A program made the translations under genes and the position numbers. DNA of 64,000 nucleotides, taken from positions 19,034,001-19,098,000 of the forward strand of contig NC_043020.1 in NCBI RefSeq assembly GCF_006345805.1. Direction: 5' to 3'. Under the pieces are notes generated by a model. That model did no database searches. It was not told the origin of the DNA and was given only the letters and a program-made list of their open reading frames with translations. This stretch comes from Octopus sinensis (Eukaryota). This document shows positions 62,731 through 64,000 of this stretch, one piece after another; the first letter of the stretch is position 1, and each line of letters opens with the position of its first letter.

Positions 62731-63839
62731 CTTTTTTCTCACTCACACTTTTCTCTCCCTCTCGTTTCGCTCACTCACATTCTCTCTCACTCACACTCTC
62801 CCCTCCTATTGAAACTTCTCCAGGTCAACGTCCCTTCACTTGTCCTACATTCTAAAGCGAGCCCCGCCGCCGCCACCTTACTTCTCCCAGCCGCCGCTGC
62901 TATTATGGCGGACAGTTATTATTTAACAGCCGACACTTCTTTCTAAAACACCTTTAGCAGAGATTAATGGTGTATCTTCTGGGGGTAAAATTTTCTTTGG
63001 AAAGACAACTAATAGCAAGCAAATACTTATATAAATAAATATATATATATACACACACGCGCGCGCGCACGTAAGACAGTGAATGTATTCGTGTCATGTT
63101 CGAAGCTACTTTATATCTACCTATTTATTATTCCGTGTGTGTGTGTGTGCTGACCTAATTGAGTGCTGTACCCATCTGGTACATTACATAGGTTGGCACT
63201 TTGAATACACCGATCGCTTTAGCTTCATTTTTGCCACCTTGCATACGTACACACGCACACATTCTCTCTCACCCTCACTCTCCTTTCTCTCTCTCTCTCA
63301 CACACGCTTTCTCCCCCTCTCTCTCTCTCACACGCTCTCTCTTTCTCTTCCCCCCCCCTCTTTCATTTTTCTCGCTTACGCACGCGCGTATTAGTGAATT
63401 CAAATTTATGGATCTCTACTTTTGCTGTCACAGTTTTCGCGATTTTAAAATTAAGTGAAAATTTTCAAAATTGGTTTACAGATGTAATTTTTCACGCTGA
63501 ACCTGATTTTGTTATTCGCTTGTTCCAGAAAACAATATTTAGAAAAAAAATATTAGAGATTTCATAACTTTTGTTCAATCAGAAAACAGGATTTTGAAAC
63601 TGGCATTTTGTGCGTGATAGCTTTCTATGACGATATTACGACGACAAACTTGTGAAATGTTGGAACAGGCTATATTGCTTGTAAGCAATATAGAAAGGAA
63701 AAAATTCACATGATATATTTTCTTGCCTGTGAAGAATTACAGAAATACAAACTAATTACTGTCCTAGGTCGAAAATTATAATCATCAATTTCAGAAATGA
63801 GGCGGTTCTCCACAAGTCAATGGTTGGCGTTGGGAAGAG

Positions 63840-63990
63840 CATCCAGCTGTAGAAAACAAGCTTAAACAGATATTGGAGCTTGGTGCAGTCCTGAAGCTCA
63901 TCAGTTCCTGTCAAATCGTCCAACACCTGCCAGAATAGAAAACATGTTAAATGATGATGAAATAGGTGTGTGTATCATCATCATCATTTA
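63840..63990 (+). mobile_element. SINE 3' part with (GAT)n tail (further family)
   Basis: ggttggcgttgggaagagcatccagctgtagaaa...tcaaatcgtccaac...gttaaatgatgatg; recalled as a common octopus SINE tail. Confidence 0.65.
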
Positions 63991-64000
63991 GGATACGTTT

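Overview
Eukaryotic, AT-rich, repeat-saturated DNA with the SINE and microsatellite landscape typical of an Octopus genome (species assignment is inference from repeat content). No host protein-coding gene can be confidently identified; nearly all listed ORFs are microsatellite or SINE artefacts. The window reads like a large intron or intergenic region and has one 100-N assembly gap (51920-52019). Supported content: (i) retroelement fossils, namely a 3.6-kb 5'-truncated Tx1/L1-clade LINE plus an older fragment, an RTE-BovB-like LINE, two RTE-X-like LINEs, two R4/Dong-like pieces, a CR1-type 3' end, two Penelope-like (PLE) GIY-YIG ends and a gypsy gag fragment; (ii) DNA-transposon remnants (mariner, a DUF4817-type Tc1, hAT, a Tc1 MITE and a TIR element); (iii) dozens of tRNA-derived SINEs from several families. 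The most interesting layer is non-coding. About ten type I hammerhead ribozyme (HHR) motifs occur, two fully base-paired (2050-2140 minus, 10843-10901 plus). Several long fold-back inverted repeats sit beside (TA)n tracts, one with an HHR in its loop. A 15-nt exact match to the HDV ribozyme 3' end lies upstream of the RTE element. HHRs in PLEs and HDV-like ribozymes in RTEs are known classes, so any novelty lies in these particular modules and their arrangement.
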